64,000 bases of DNA. It comes from the human T2T-CHM13v2.0 reference genome, Homo sapiens. The stretch's first letter is position 1. Each line of letters opens with the position of its first letter. A program made the position numbers and the translations under genes. The stretch lies in the NCBI RefSeq assembly GCF_009914755.1, contig NC_060933.1; one strand, written 5' to 3'. Positions 44,510 to 58,413 of the stretch are shown one piece after another. The notes beneath the pieces were generated by a model. The model saw only the letters and a program-made list of their open reading frames with translations, was not told the DNA's origin and made no database searches.

Positions 44510-45978
44510 GCTTCCTACCCTGCTTCCCCCATCCTGTTGTAATCTGTTTTCCACCTCCACCACAGTTCCACAAAGCAAGAGCTGGCAGGAGATGATCGAA
44601 TCCAAGGGGCCCCTTTCAGCTCTTCTCTTACTTGCCTTCTCTGATGCCCAGGCTGGAGAGCAGTGGCACAATCATGGCTCACTGCAACCTCAACCTCCTA
44701 GGCTCAAGCGATCCTCTCACCTCAGCCTCCTGAGTGGCTGGGGACTACAGGTGCGCCACCATGCCTGGCTAATTTTTAAATTTTCTGTAGAGATGGAGTC
44801 TCATCATGTTGCCCAGGTTGGTCTCAAACTCCTGGCCTCCCAAAGTGCTGGGATTACAGGCATGAGTCACCTTGCCCAGCCCTTGACAGTATTTGATAAT
44901 GCTGTACTGACCACTCTGTCTAAAACTACGTTCTTCTGTGATTTTCTGATACTACTTTCTCCTCATTCTATGACACCAGTGGCACCTTACCTATTCAGCC
45001 AGGCTTTCACCTAAGCTCTAGGCCAGTACTTCCAAATGTCGGCTACACACTTCACCTGATGGCCGCAGGCCCCTTCAATCGCAGCATGTCCCAACACATC
45101 TCAACATGCCCCGCATGCCCCTATCTGCTTCCACTACCCCTCAGAAGCTGGTTTTCTTCTCATTTATCTGTCAGAGTCAATAATGCCCTCACTCACCAAG
45201 TCAGCTCTGCCAGAAATCCTGGACAACCCTGGCTCCTCCTGGTCTCCTGCATCCACCACTTCCAGTTTACTCACTCAGTGTTCTTCAGTCTCCTCCATCT
45301 CTCTCTCTCACTGTGTCCCTCCTCTACACCTCCACCTCTACTGCCCTGGGTCTGGGCCTCATTCTCTCCTGCTCGGGCCACAGCAACAGTGTCTATGCTC
45401 ATCTTCTGCATCCACGAAGATCTTTTTCCAGTCCGTTCTCCACAGTGTGATGGAATGATTTCTCGGGAACGTAAACCTAATCACATCACTCACCTGCTTA
45501 AAGCCTTTCCACAGCTCCACACGATTTACAGGACAAAGCATTTCTGATTTGAACCCTCTAGAACTTCCTAGCCTCCTCACCTCCCACTCTGTGCCTTTAA
45601 TCTTAGCAGTCACTCAGACCTCCTTTCAGTTCCCCAGACCTGGCAAACCCATCCAGATGTCCACACTTTCTCTCTTTGAGGTTCTCTTTGCCTTACATGT
45701 CTTTTGTCCACCTGTAAAAACTGCTGGTGTCCTTCATGACCGACTCAAATGCCTCCTTTTCTCTGCAGGCTCTCGTGACCCTCGCCTGCCTCTTCCCAGG
45801 CACCATCACTCCTGCCTGCTCACCACCATGGCACATCCCCACCCCCACATCTGTCTCACACAGGGTCTTAGAGCTCCTGGGGAACAAGGACCACCATTGC
45901 TCTTTTCTCCTCTTCCCAGCTCTTACTAAAGTGCTTGGTACCTCATAAAGGATCAATAAATGTTTACTGGAAAAAAAA
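44510..45978 (+). mobile_element. L2 LINE 3' region interrupted by an Alu
   Basis: Pyrimidine-rich L2 motifs (cacatcactcacctgcttaaagcctttcca, ctcaaatgcctccttttct) ending in aataaatgtttactggaaaa. Confidence 0.8.
44646..44881 (-). mobile_element. AluJ lacking its tail and with a left-arm deletion
   Basis: Starts at gcccaggctgg. aatcatggctcactgc and ggctcaagcgatcctc are J-type. Junction ctcctggcctcccaaag. Confidence 0.88.
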
Positions 45979-48149
45979 GATGTCACCCATCCCCAGATCT
46001 TCACAGGTGTGTCTAATTTCATATCCTCTCTTTCCATACAAACCTGTGTTTATGAATTGACACTTAACATACTTGTTTTACTCAACAAGGTCATTTCTTC
46101 CACTGAAGATGGAGAAAGTAAATCCAACATAATTGTCTAGCTTACACAAAATCGGAAAGAAAAAGACTGAGACACCCAAGGTTTCAGATGAAAACCCCAT
46201 TTTTTCCCCTCAGTGATCAATAAAAAGTTTTTGTGATAAACCTCCCCCAAAACAGGATGCCTATTGTGTAGGACATGCCTCCTTCCCCCACCATGGAATT
46301 TAAAATGTTCAGTGATAAGGTTTCTGATATGTGTCATTATCTGCATATTCTGAGTATTTCTGCATGAAGAGCCAAAATCTGTGGCTCCTGAGAAAGTAGA
46401 GCTGGACGTATGCTCTGATGTCATTCTTGTCTTCACAGAGGGCACTGAAAAGAACCCAATCACTGGGACAGGTAAGTGACATCAAGTGAGTCTTAACCAT
46501 TCTAAATGTTTTGCTTTTGTTTCTATCTCCAAGCCTTTATTACGTATCTCTGCTCTAGTAACTGTGTCCTGCCTCCCCACTCCTGATCCCTCCTGTCAGT
46601 TTCCCACTAGCTAACCCGTCTTCCAGTAGGGTCCTATCCTGGGGGTTATTACAAATGCTGGTAGCAGCATGTCATGGAAAGTTTGCTCTGTTTACTTTAA
46701 TTGTTGTTGCTTTACTTCTGCCTGCTGCAAAGACCCCTTTTCTTTACAGTCCATCGTTTCCAACCCATGCAATGCACAACCTAATACCAACTGAGCTGGC
46801 ACCACTCCTTTGATGTATTTTTTCAGAGGAAGGTTATTTTTGCTGGCTTGAAAGGTTTTCTTTTCTAGCTTTAGGTAAAAATCAGCAAAGATTCCAGTTC
46901 TTATCAATTGAGTGCTTAAGTAAACAGAGCAGGTGCCAAAGTCAATAGGATATGGAAAACAAGATTCTGCTGAAGATTATTTGTAATGGGGATCAACTGC
47001 TGACATAGAATCAGGAGTTCACACTTGATGAAAAAGAACATGAAAGAGGAAAGAGCCCAAATTTCAAAACACAGGGGCAGGGTTGGTTTGCCTGCAGCCA
47101 AGTCGGTTAGGCAAGGCTCATGTTTTCATGAAACTAGATGGGGTTTCCTTCTTGCATCGGAAGAAAGCTCTCACAAATACAGAGAATAAAACTCTCCATT
47201 CTGCCTCATCCTCATTTTAATAAATTCTCAGTGCCTGCAGTGACGTCCTGACCACTTCACTCACTTAGGACAGTCCCTTCTGTGCCTGGACTCAGAGCTC
47301 CAAGGCATAAGTGCTTTGGCAGAGCAATGAAGAAGGGTGCTGGAGTATAACTGTTCAGTGGCAGAATAACCATGGCAATGCATAATCAACCTGTTCTGCC
47401 TGCCAAGGCCCTGAAGCCACACATCTGCTAAACAGGGTGTGCTTCCTCCTGGCTTTCATGCCCCAAAGGCACACTCAAGACCCTCCACTAGCCACAGGAT
47501 TGAAAAGGTTGGCTCCTCCAGTCCTTCACAGCAAGGTGAATTTACATCCTCTTTCCAGGTATGCCTCCCCGAAAGCATCCCTGCTAACTTTGGGACTACG
47601 TGATCGCTCAGTGCTCTTTCTCCTCCTACTGTTTTATGTCCTTTGACACATATCACCTTTTGCAGGCTGCTGAGATCACTCAGTATCTCATGAGGAAACC
47701 TCACATTTTCATATTTACAGTTATATCCATGGCCTATTATTTATAATTATACTGTCTGTAATTATGAAGGACATTACTCCTTCATCCCTACTTTGATAGC
47801 AAGGCACAGTGATTTCATCTTCATTTTTCCAGCGGAGAAACAAACAAAATAGGCTGAAGAATATACACCCAGGCTGTCAGTGGTAAGGCACACTACAGAA
47901 TAATGGTTCTCTCAGCATAAACCTTCAAGAACGTCCAGATGGAGAAAAGAACATACATTTTTCCTTTGTCTCTTTCTATAAAAATGGATAGTATTTTAGA
48001 AAAGGAAAAGAGACAGATAAAAGTGGGTAAGAATTGTTACCAACCAAACTATGATAACGGGAAGAAAATTTTAGAAAGCAGTACACTACATGTTATTAAT
48101 ATTTTCCTGTTTCATGGTCTTCCACCCAGAAGAACAAAGAGAATTTGTT

Positions 48150-48370
48150 GGCAGCTGTCAAGAGTCAGCTCTGAGCTGGAGTTAATGCTACTATGTGGCT
48201 CTTTGGGCATATTTTTAACTTCTTAGTTCCTCATCTGAAAATAAGGATATAAGAGTAGTTATCTCAAAGGGATGTTACAGGGCTACATGAAATGATGTAT
48301 ATAAATAGTAGTAACAGGGCCTAGTACAAGGCAAATGGTTAATATACCTTGTGACATATTATTATTATTT
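48150..48370 (+). mobile_element. MIR SINE
   Basis: agttcctcatctgaaaataagga...atgaaatgatgtatataaa...tattattatt. Confidence 0.75.
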
Positions 48371-48714
48371 ATACCACTGGACGAAATTTCAGGATTCTGA
48401 CCTCAGTAAGTATGAGCATAAAATTTTATTTCCAAAACCATTCACTATGAAAGAAAACCATGGAAGCCATTCTCTTGACTAAGAACTCGACAGCCTTCCG
48501 GACAATACAAATATATCAGTAGAGGCTCAGTGATTGTAGATTTTGTGTCAAACTCTGGGAAATCTTAACTGGCAGTGTGAAAAATAAACCTACAATATGC
48601 ACAACCACAGGTCACAGATACAGCCATGCTGTACGTAATAGAGAACAGCGGCTACTCCTGTGTGTCCTATTATTCCAGCGGATTTCAATTTAGGATCTTT
48701 GTGAAATTACTACC

Positions 48715-48742
48715 AAAAAAAAAAAAAAAAAAAAAAAAAAAA
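48715..48742 (+). repeat. A28 mononucleotide run
   Basis: Direct reading. Confidence 0.95.
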
Positions 48743-49980
48743 CCCACAGGCACTATTTCATCAGGAAAAAAAAGCAATTACCTTATATCCACCCTGTCCC
48801 ATTTCTAAGAATCGTTCCACTATTACATAAACCACCTAAATGAATTTTGGAGTGCCTCCAGGCGAGAGGACAGAGGTTCCTGAAATCTGTTGATATGATG
48901 ACAAGCCACTGCTATAGGAAAAAATGAGTTAGGGGCTCAAACTATTTTTGATCCTAAGTTGGAAGAACCTCTGATTTTTATCCTACAACCCAAATATAGA
49001 TCCATTATTTCATATGGGTCACATGCCTCTCTTACATCCTGTATATTTTTATAACTCTAACATGAAGATCCATAAGTACATAATATAGAGGACTATGAAG
49101 TTTGCTTCTAGAAAAGTACTCTTTTTGGTTTTTTTAAAAAGCATTTTTAGCCCAGAGATGAATGTGTTTAAAAGACTATTAAAGATACAATGGCTAAAGA
49201 ACAATGTCTTATGAGAAATAAGAATTGATCAACTTTGAGGTTTGACCTAATGCAACTGATACCCCTACTTACTGTTTAGGAATTATAGGTCACATCAATT
49301 TCAAAATCAAAATTCTGAAAATATGTGCTATTGTCAGGAAATGTTAAAAAGGAAGGAAAACAGGAAAGATTTGTCATGGGGCAAGACTAAACACAGGTTA
49401 AGTGGCAGTGATGCTCATGCTTGGGAAGTTATCTGCTCATTAATTGCTTCAGGTTTGGTCTGTTCATGCTTACTCTTTCTCTTTAAATGGCCCCTGAAGC
49501 CAGAAACAAATCAGCAAGATGTACAAATGCCTTATTTTCTCTGCCCTGGTCTGCCCTACTCATTCATAAACAAACGTGTGAATGCCGTTTAAGAAGCTAA
49601 GGCCAAGGCAAGCTTATTTCCTCTCTCCATATACTATAACCAGCACAACCACAAAGTTCAAACTCTGCTGGAGCAGTGTACCTAATGCAATCTACAGGGA
49701 CCAAAGGACAGACAGTATAATTTATAGGTTGGCATGCTATGCAGGACAATGGTATCGATCCTGCTTTTCTATTAAGAGAGGATAATTACAATAAGATTTG
49801 CTCACCTAGAAGTTCAGGGTTTCGTGTGGAATGGAAAAGTTTAATTGAAAAAAGCTTACATTTTCAAAGAACAAATAACCAGTCTTTCTGGGAAATGGGC
49901 ACTTCAAAAGTAGGAGAAGAGAATATTTAATAAAGCTCTGCAGATATTTTACTGGTTACAACTGTCTCTTACCCCAGAAA

Positions 49981-49988
49981 TGACGTCA
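49981..49988. promoter_or_regulatory. Perfect CRE palindrome TGACGTCA (candidate only)
   Basis: Motif match with an intact CpG and neighbouring bZIP-type motifs. No functional data. Confidence 0.3.
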
Positions 49989-52390
49989 GTGGCAACATAT
50001 GACAGTATCAATAGTGTGCCCTAGTGTGCCCTTGTTTCAAGCCTTAAAGAAATTGCACTACCTTGCATCACAAGAATGGTCAGATGACATCATAGTGAAT
50101 AAATTTATCTGAAAACATAAATGAAAATTTAGAAGGGAAACAAGAGGAGACATGAAAATTGGTGTAATGCAGCAGAATCAAGAAAAATTAGGATAAAGAA
50201 AGGAAAAGTAATTACAGAGGATATAAATAAATTAAAAGAAAGGCAGAGATCCTAGTTAAAGGCCAACGAGCAGTTATTTTTTTTAAAGTCCCTTGTAAAA
50301 AATAAAAATCAATAAAAGCAAACGAAAGAACCTGTGGCTTCCTGGCTAGAGATATAAGCTGTGTTTTAAATCGCAGTTCCCCAAAAAATGACTTTGCAGG
50401 TTTATACTTTGATTTTGCATGGTATATCTATATTACTAGCCCAATTATGTCATCTTTTTTTCGCCCTCTTTGAGCTCTTTGAAATAAGGTCTGTTTTATA
50501 TGAAAACACAGCCCATGTCTATGATGGAATAAAAACCCCGTAATTAAACATGCAGAAATAAATATGATTACCCACAGCAAGAAAACAAATGCCATCACTC
50601 ATGTTAATCTATTAAAGTATTTCAAGGCAAAGATGCTGAGATTTAATTTCCTAGTGAAAGTCAGTTTCACTACCTACCAATAAAAATGCAATAAAATGAA
50701 CTCTCAAAAAAAAAAGCCCTCTGCCATTTGCTATAAAAGTCATGACTGGCTATAATATAACCAAAAAAGTGACTCTAACAGGAGCATCTATTGTTATTTT
50801 ATAATTTCATTGAAAATATTTTAATTTAGTTCTTATATTTTATACACACTTTGGTTAATGTATATGTATCTATAGATATACATAACACAATAAACCTTCT
50901 AGTCAAAAGAATAAGGAACATAACACAGACTATAGCTAAACTGCTGACATTAGGCTCAGCTCATAGATCTTGCTTACCAACTATTTGCTGAATGAATAAT
51001 AATCTACACATCATTTACATGTGTTTTATATTTTGGCATGGGTAGTGCTGGCTTTTCAATGAAAGGCATTCTTGGGCCTACACAAATACTTTCATTATCT
51101 GACTGATGGGGGTACAGGCTGATTTATGGGTGTGTTTACCCTGTAAGTGATTCTCTAACTCTGGAGGAACTGAAAAGTATCTAGGTTCTCCATCTTGTGA
51201 TTTCAGACTTAGCTGGTTCCTATGAAAGCCAAGTGCAATACCCCAGAGCAGGGGAGATGAACATTTTATATGCAAATGATTGATGTATTGTATATAGAAA
51301 GAATTGGAAAATTTCAAAATATATATATATTTCTATAGGAAGGAAGGCATGGGGTGGATGTGTTTTTAACTATTACACATGGATTAACTCAACTTTTTAA
51401 TAAACTGGGGAAACTAGGACTTTCTTCTAGAGTAAGTGAATAATATCAGTATTTCATACACAATAATTTACAATTGGCAGCAGGTAACATCTAAGTGATT
51501 CTTTTCTGATGGAGATCCTCTTAAGGAGACTAAGCCTTGCCCCGAACTTCAGAATTTCAACATGACTATAGCAGAAGAGAAAAGACTGAGAAAGACTACC
51601 TAGCAAATTTAAGGAAACTTCTTTGTAAGTAATTACTTTAAAATTATTTTTATAATATATACTGTGCATACTTTCTAAATGCATCTGTTTAGCAGGAAAT
51701 TAATGATTCATCCAGGAAAAATGAGTTAGGCTGTATTAAGCCGTTATTACTTTTCATTGTTTAACCTTGCAAAGCAGTATCATGAAATAAGTAAGAGAAA
51801 TATTTAACATGACCTGGTACCAGCAGTTCTCTTAAATATTTGTTTGTTTAGCTGAAAGGGAATTTGTAAAGAGGGTGGAAATAGTCTGTGAAACCAAGAG
51901 GTGTTAGTGCCATCTGGACCCACTCTCTTCCAAATTCCCTCTGTCACCATGCCCTCCTCTTCCTCAAGGAAAACAGTGAGCTGACTTTCTTAGCATTCTA
52001 ATCACCATCACCTCTAAAACTACAGCAAGGCTGAGAGGTTCAGCAAGACATGCTAGGCAAGGCAGCAGAGTGAAATTCAAACCTGTCAAGGCTCAAGTGG
52101 GTGAAAAACCCAAACATGGAATTGACCAGATTCTCTTCATCACCGTTGGTATTAGCATCTTGCAACCGCGGGCCCATTTCTTTACCAAACATGGATTACT
52201 CTGTTGTGAAATTCAATCACTTTCAACAGGCATCTAGAACTCGACCTACATCTCTTAGCTTTGTTAAGATCAGCGGTGTACAGCTCCCTGAAATACCATT
52301 TTTAACATTACACTTCTTATCTAGATCTTTGTTTAACTTGCAGGGATCCAGATCATATGTAGTACACACTGTATTCCAATCTAAAAGGAT

Positions 52391-52641
52391 GGGGAGGGAA
52401 CAGGAAGGGAAGGAAGGGAAAGAGAGGAAGAGAGGAAGAGACACAGGAAAGAAGGAAGGGAAGAAGGAAGGAAGGGAAGAAGGAAGGGAGGGAGGGAGGG
52501 AAGGAAGGAAGGAAGGAAGGGTAGAAAAGAGAAGGGTAGGGAAGGAAAGGAGAGGAAGGTGGGGAAGAAAAGGAAGGACGGAAAGGGGGGAAGGAGGGAA
52601 GGAGGGGAAGGAGGGAAGGAAGACAGGAAAGGGAGGAAAGA
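52391..52641 (+). repeat. GA-rich (GGAA/GGGA) low-complexity repeat
   Basis: About 250 bp that are almost pure purine. Confidence 0.95.
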
Positions 52642-53399
52642 GTCTACCTAAATTTCTACTCTGAATGTTAATGCCTGTTAATAATAAGAGGGAAGACTTT
52701 TATACTCTTTTTTTTTTCAAGGCCATTTTCTTTTCTCCTGTTTACCTTAATGAAAAAACAATTTATAGGTAAAACATTTTGAGAAGGCAATAAAGGTTTT
52801 TTTTTTTTCCAGTTCTGAATTGAGGTCACATGTTTCACATAGCATCAGGCTTCTTTTTATTTCCTTACAAACTCCCCAAAAGCTTTTTTAAACAGAGCTG
52901 TCAGCTCTGTTTGTTCCAGTCCCTGATTTACAAAGCGCCCATGGATGAGAGCAAGTACCAAGTAGGAAAGTTACTGCAGCATTTCCATTACAAACCATGC
53001 TTTTCAATCTCCCCTTCCTGCTTTCCACAGCAGCTCTCTCTGCTCACCCCAACCCTGGCATGAGGAGTATCTAGGATTTCAGGGCAGGAGATGGTTTTCA
53101 GCACTGGCACAATCATGAGATTGAGTCTCCAGACCCAGCAGCAGTGTGGGTTCTGTGCTTTATCCTCCAGCACTGGGATTCCAACGCAGAGACAGGACTT
53201 TGACCACATAACCTGGGAGATCTTTTCAATACAATACGTAGTCTGACCTAGTTGAAGACCATTGCTCTAAATCCATAGGAATGAGTGAATCAAAGAAGGG
53301 AGGGTTTTCTGTTGCCCCAATCAGCCCCCCTCAACCATTTAGAGTGACCACTACTACCTTCATTTCACTGCCAGATCGTAAGTTGTTGTCTTTACTTCT

Positions 53400-54060
53400 C
53401 CCTATTCCCTTAATCACCCTCTCTCAATCAATCTTCTGCTCTCAGTGGACATGGAAACAACTCTTTCAGAGGTCTCCAAAAGCCTACGTGTGGCTTCTTC
53501 TCAGTCTTCACCCTCCTCTGTAGTGTCTGACGCCATCAGTCACCCCCTTCTTCTTGGAAATGCTGCCTAGTTCTCCACCAGCCTCTCCAGCCATGCTTCC
53601 TTTCTCTGCTTGGCTCTTTCTTTCCTTTTACTGATCCCACGTGCAATCATCTGCCAGAATTCCATGCCCAGCCCACTACTTCTCCATATTAGCCCATTGA
53701 CCATCTTGGCCATTCTCTGAGCTGCAGCTATCACCTGTACACAACTAACAGCCAAGTCTCTTCCTTCCCTAACTCAGGCCCTCTTCAAAGCACTTGAGTT
53801 TTGTAATGGCCTGAAGGCACCTCACCTCAACTCACTCCTTCCGTTGGTGCCTCTGTACTTTCCTATTTCCATTCGTGTCTTTCCATCTCCATACTTAGGC
53901 CCCATCACACTAGCTATAAATGTCAGCTTCTTGGACTGTTTTTACTTCTTTGCCTAACACATCAAACACAGGAGCAGAGTCCTGCCTGTTCCTACCTAAA
54001 ATGATCTTCCCATGTTGACACCCCCAATTTCACATCGCCTGTGGGAGTACCAATACCTGC
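53400..54060 (+). mobile_element. Diverged L2 fragment
   Basis: ttctcagtcttcaccctc...tctgacgccatcagtcacccccttcttcttggaa. Confidence 0.6.
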
Positions 54061-55394
54061 TCTAAATGCTAACTCCTGGAAATTTTCTCTGGTCTCCTTT
54101 GAATGCAAGAACTCTATTCTTTCCAGTACTATTCTATAACGTAATTGTAACACCTCATACTCTGCTGATGAATAACAAAATGAAACCCAGAAACGAAGAG
54201 CTAATGAAAGTATATTCTTACAGTACATTTAGAAGAATTATCCTATTCACTCCCTTAATGGATTTGTTTTGCTTTAACTACAGAAGTAGATAGATGTGAA
54301 ATAATGATAAATTTAATAATTTCATTAAATCAATCCTACATTTAGATCCACATATCTGTTTGGATACACTATGTATAGTAAAAAGCATATGAAGCTTAGT
54401 AAGCCATCAGTATGAAACCTGAAAATATGATTTAAAAAGAATTATCTCCATTAGCGTAAATTGGAATTTTTGCTTTAAAGTAAAGAAACAACGGTTGCCT
54501 TTCAACTTAAACACACCAACTCTAAGCCCTGGTAACCATAAGACCCGGAGTTGTAAGAAGATCTGAAGCTCAAGAAAATTAGCTCCATTCAGGATGTTCA
54601 TTTGTTTATAGATTTGGACAGACTGCATAACAGCAGCTTTTCAATGGAAGCCAAGATTTTAACATGGTATTTTAAAGTACCTTTAGACTAGCATCAGCCA
54701 TACAGAATGCAGTAAAATATGAGGCTGGCTATGTAGGATGAAGAGTAATTGCTTGACCCTACCTTACAGTTATTCTTGGTCTCAAAAAAGTGAAGGTCTT
54801 ATCGGTCCTGGCAAGCTACTAGTAAGCTAGCAAAATTACAACTTTTTGTGCTGGATTTAGTAAAAAAATGTTTAACTTCTTCTTAGGCAAAGAAAAAAAT
54901 CCCTACATAAATGCACAGACATCTATAATTTATAACAGAAAGGAAAGAAATGATTCAGTGTGTTTCATGCAAAATTTTTCAAAGGCGTCTAACGTCTCCA
55001 TTTAATAGAAGCCATAAAATACTCCTAAACTGAGATTTCATATTAAAGCTGCCCTAGAACAGACTCACTATTTCTTAGTAGCATGGCCCATGACCACCTG
55101 GGCATCTGCAGGCGGCTGAGTGGGGGTTAGCTGGAGCTTATGGCTGGGTTAGAGAGTGAAGGTAGCTCATTAGTGTTTGGTTTCTCTGTGCTCTCTTAGT
55201 CCTGTTCAGACAGCCCATCTTTCTGACTAGTTTCCCTGCTAGACAATGCCCTGAGGAGGTTGGTATGACTCTAAAGATGACCCCATCTCACTGCCAGTGG
55301 TTCTCAAAAAAAGGCTGACTGCACTACCCCACCCCAGGGGGTATTCTGTTGCTATAAAGACTGTGGAATGCTACAGAGATTGAGTAGGTGAGGC

Positions 55395-55644
55395 GGTGGG
55401 GGGATTGTTTGGGGATGAAACTGTTACACCTCAAATCATCAAGCATTAGTTATATTCTCATAAGGAGCGTGCAACCTAGATCCCTCCTGCACATGCACAG
55501 TTCACAATAGGGTTTGCACTTTTGTGAGAATCTGATGCCGCCACTGATCTGACAGGAGGCGAAGCTCAGGCAGTAATACTCAGGCAGTGAGTGCTAGTTC
55601 GCCCGCAGCTCACTGGTCCATGGCCCGGGATGTTCGGGACCCCT
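55395..55644 (-). mobile_element. MER1B-like hAT-Charlie element nested in a MER20-like relic (about 55296-55675)
   Basis: gggatgaaactgtt...attctcataaggagcgtgcaacctagatccctc...ctgatctgacaggaggc...gggacccct. The host begins cagtggttctcaa. Confidence 0.8.
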
Positions 55645-56643
55645 TCCATAACACACTGAACAGTCCCCACAGGACTGGAAGGCAGAGCATTTATTTCCCT
55701 GGCTCTTCCGTGGAGGTTGCCTCAGGCTAGATGTACTCCCAGCTGAAGTTCATGACTCCACTTAAGGCAACAAACTCTCCTTATCTCTCACTCTCTGTGG
55801 TAAGAAGAATAATGGCCCCTCAAAGATATCCACCATCCTACTCCCCAGAATTTGTGAACATATTACTGTCTAAAGTCAATTTTCACTGCTATAAAAGAAT
55901 ACCCGAGGCTGGATGTATTAGTCCATTTTCATGCTGCTGATGAAGACATACTCAAGACTTGGCAATTTACAAATGAAAGAGGTTTAACGGACTTACAGTT
56001 CCATGTGGCTGGGGAGGCCTCACAATCATGATGGAAGGCAAGGAGGAGCAAGTCATGTCTTACATGGATGGCAGCAGGCAAAGAGAGAGAGCTTGAGCAG
56101 GGAAACTCCAGTGTTTACAACCATCAGTTCTCATGAGTCTTATTCACTATCACAAGAATAGCCCAGGAAAGACCTGCCTCCATGATTCAATTGCCTCCGG
56201 CCAGGTCCTTCCCACAACACATGGGAATTCAAGGTGAGATTTGGGTGGGGAAACAGCCAAACCATTATTATTCTGCCCCTTGCCACTCCCAAATCTCATG
56301 TCCTCATATTTCAAAACCAATCATGCCTTCCCAACAGTCCCCCAAAGTCTTAACTCATTTCAGCATTAACTCAGACAGTCCAAAGTCTCATCTGAGAGAA
56401 GGCAAGTCCCTTCCGCTTATGAGCCTGTAAAATCAAAAGCAAGTTAGTTACTTCCTAGATACAATGCGGGTACAGGCATTGGGTAAACACAGCCATTCCA
56501 AATGGGAGAAATTGGCCAAAACAAAGGGCTACAGGCCCCACACAAGTCCAAAATCCAGTAGGGCAGTCAAATCTTAAAGGTCCAAAATGATCTCCTTTGA
56601 CTCCATGTCTCACATCCCGGTCACACTGATGCGTGATGCATGA

Positions 56644-57134
<491 letters not shown>

Positions 57135-57716
57135 CTAGGATCTCTTCTCACAGCTCCACTAGGCAATGCCCCAGGAGGGACTCTGTGTGGGGGCTCTGAC
57201 CTCACATTTCCCTTCCGCCCTGCCCTAGGAGAGGTTCTCCATGAGGGCCCCACCCTGCAGCAAATTTCTGCCTCGGCATTCAGGCATTTCCATACATCCT
57301 CTGAAATCTAGGTGGAGGTTCCCAAACCTCAATTCTTGACTTCTGTGCACATGTAGGCTAATACTATGTGGAAGCTGCCAAGGTTTGGGGCTGTCACCCT
57401 CTGAAGCCACATCCCAAGTGGTACCTTGGCCCCTTTCAGCTACTGGTGGAGCAGCTGGGCCACAGGGCACCAAGTTCCTAGGGTGCAAACAGCAGAAGGA
57501 CCCTGGGCCAGGCCCATGGAACCATTTTTCCCTCCTAAACCTCCAGGTTTGTTATAGGAGAGGGTGCTGAAAAGGTCTCTGACATGCCCTGGAAACATTT
57601 TCCCTATTGTCTTGGGGATTAACATTTGGTTCCTCGTTACTTATGCAAATTTCTGCAGCGGGCTTGAATTTCCCCTCATAAAATGGAATTTTCTTTTCTA
57701 TCACATTGTCAGACTA

Positions 57717-58413
<697 letters not shown>

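Noticed and set aside
45059-46037. Several overlapping 90-160-aa ORFs
   Set aside because: They lie in a pyrimidine-rich L2 relic, with no recognisable domain or splice structure.
52101-52664. 187-aa ORF with a G/R/K/E-rich tail
   Set aside because: It stays open only because the purine repeat has no stop codons.
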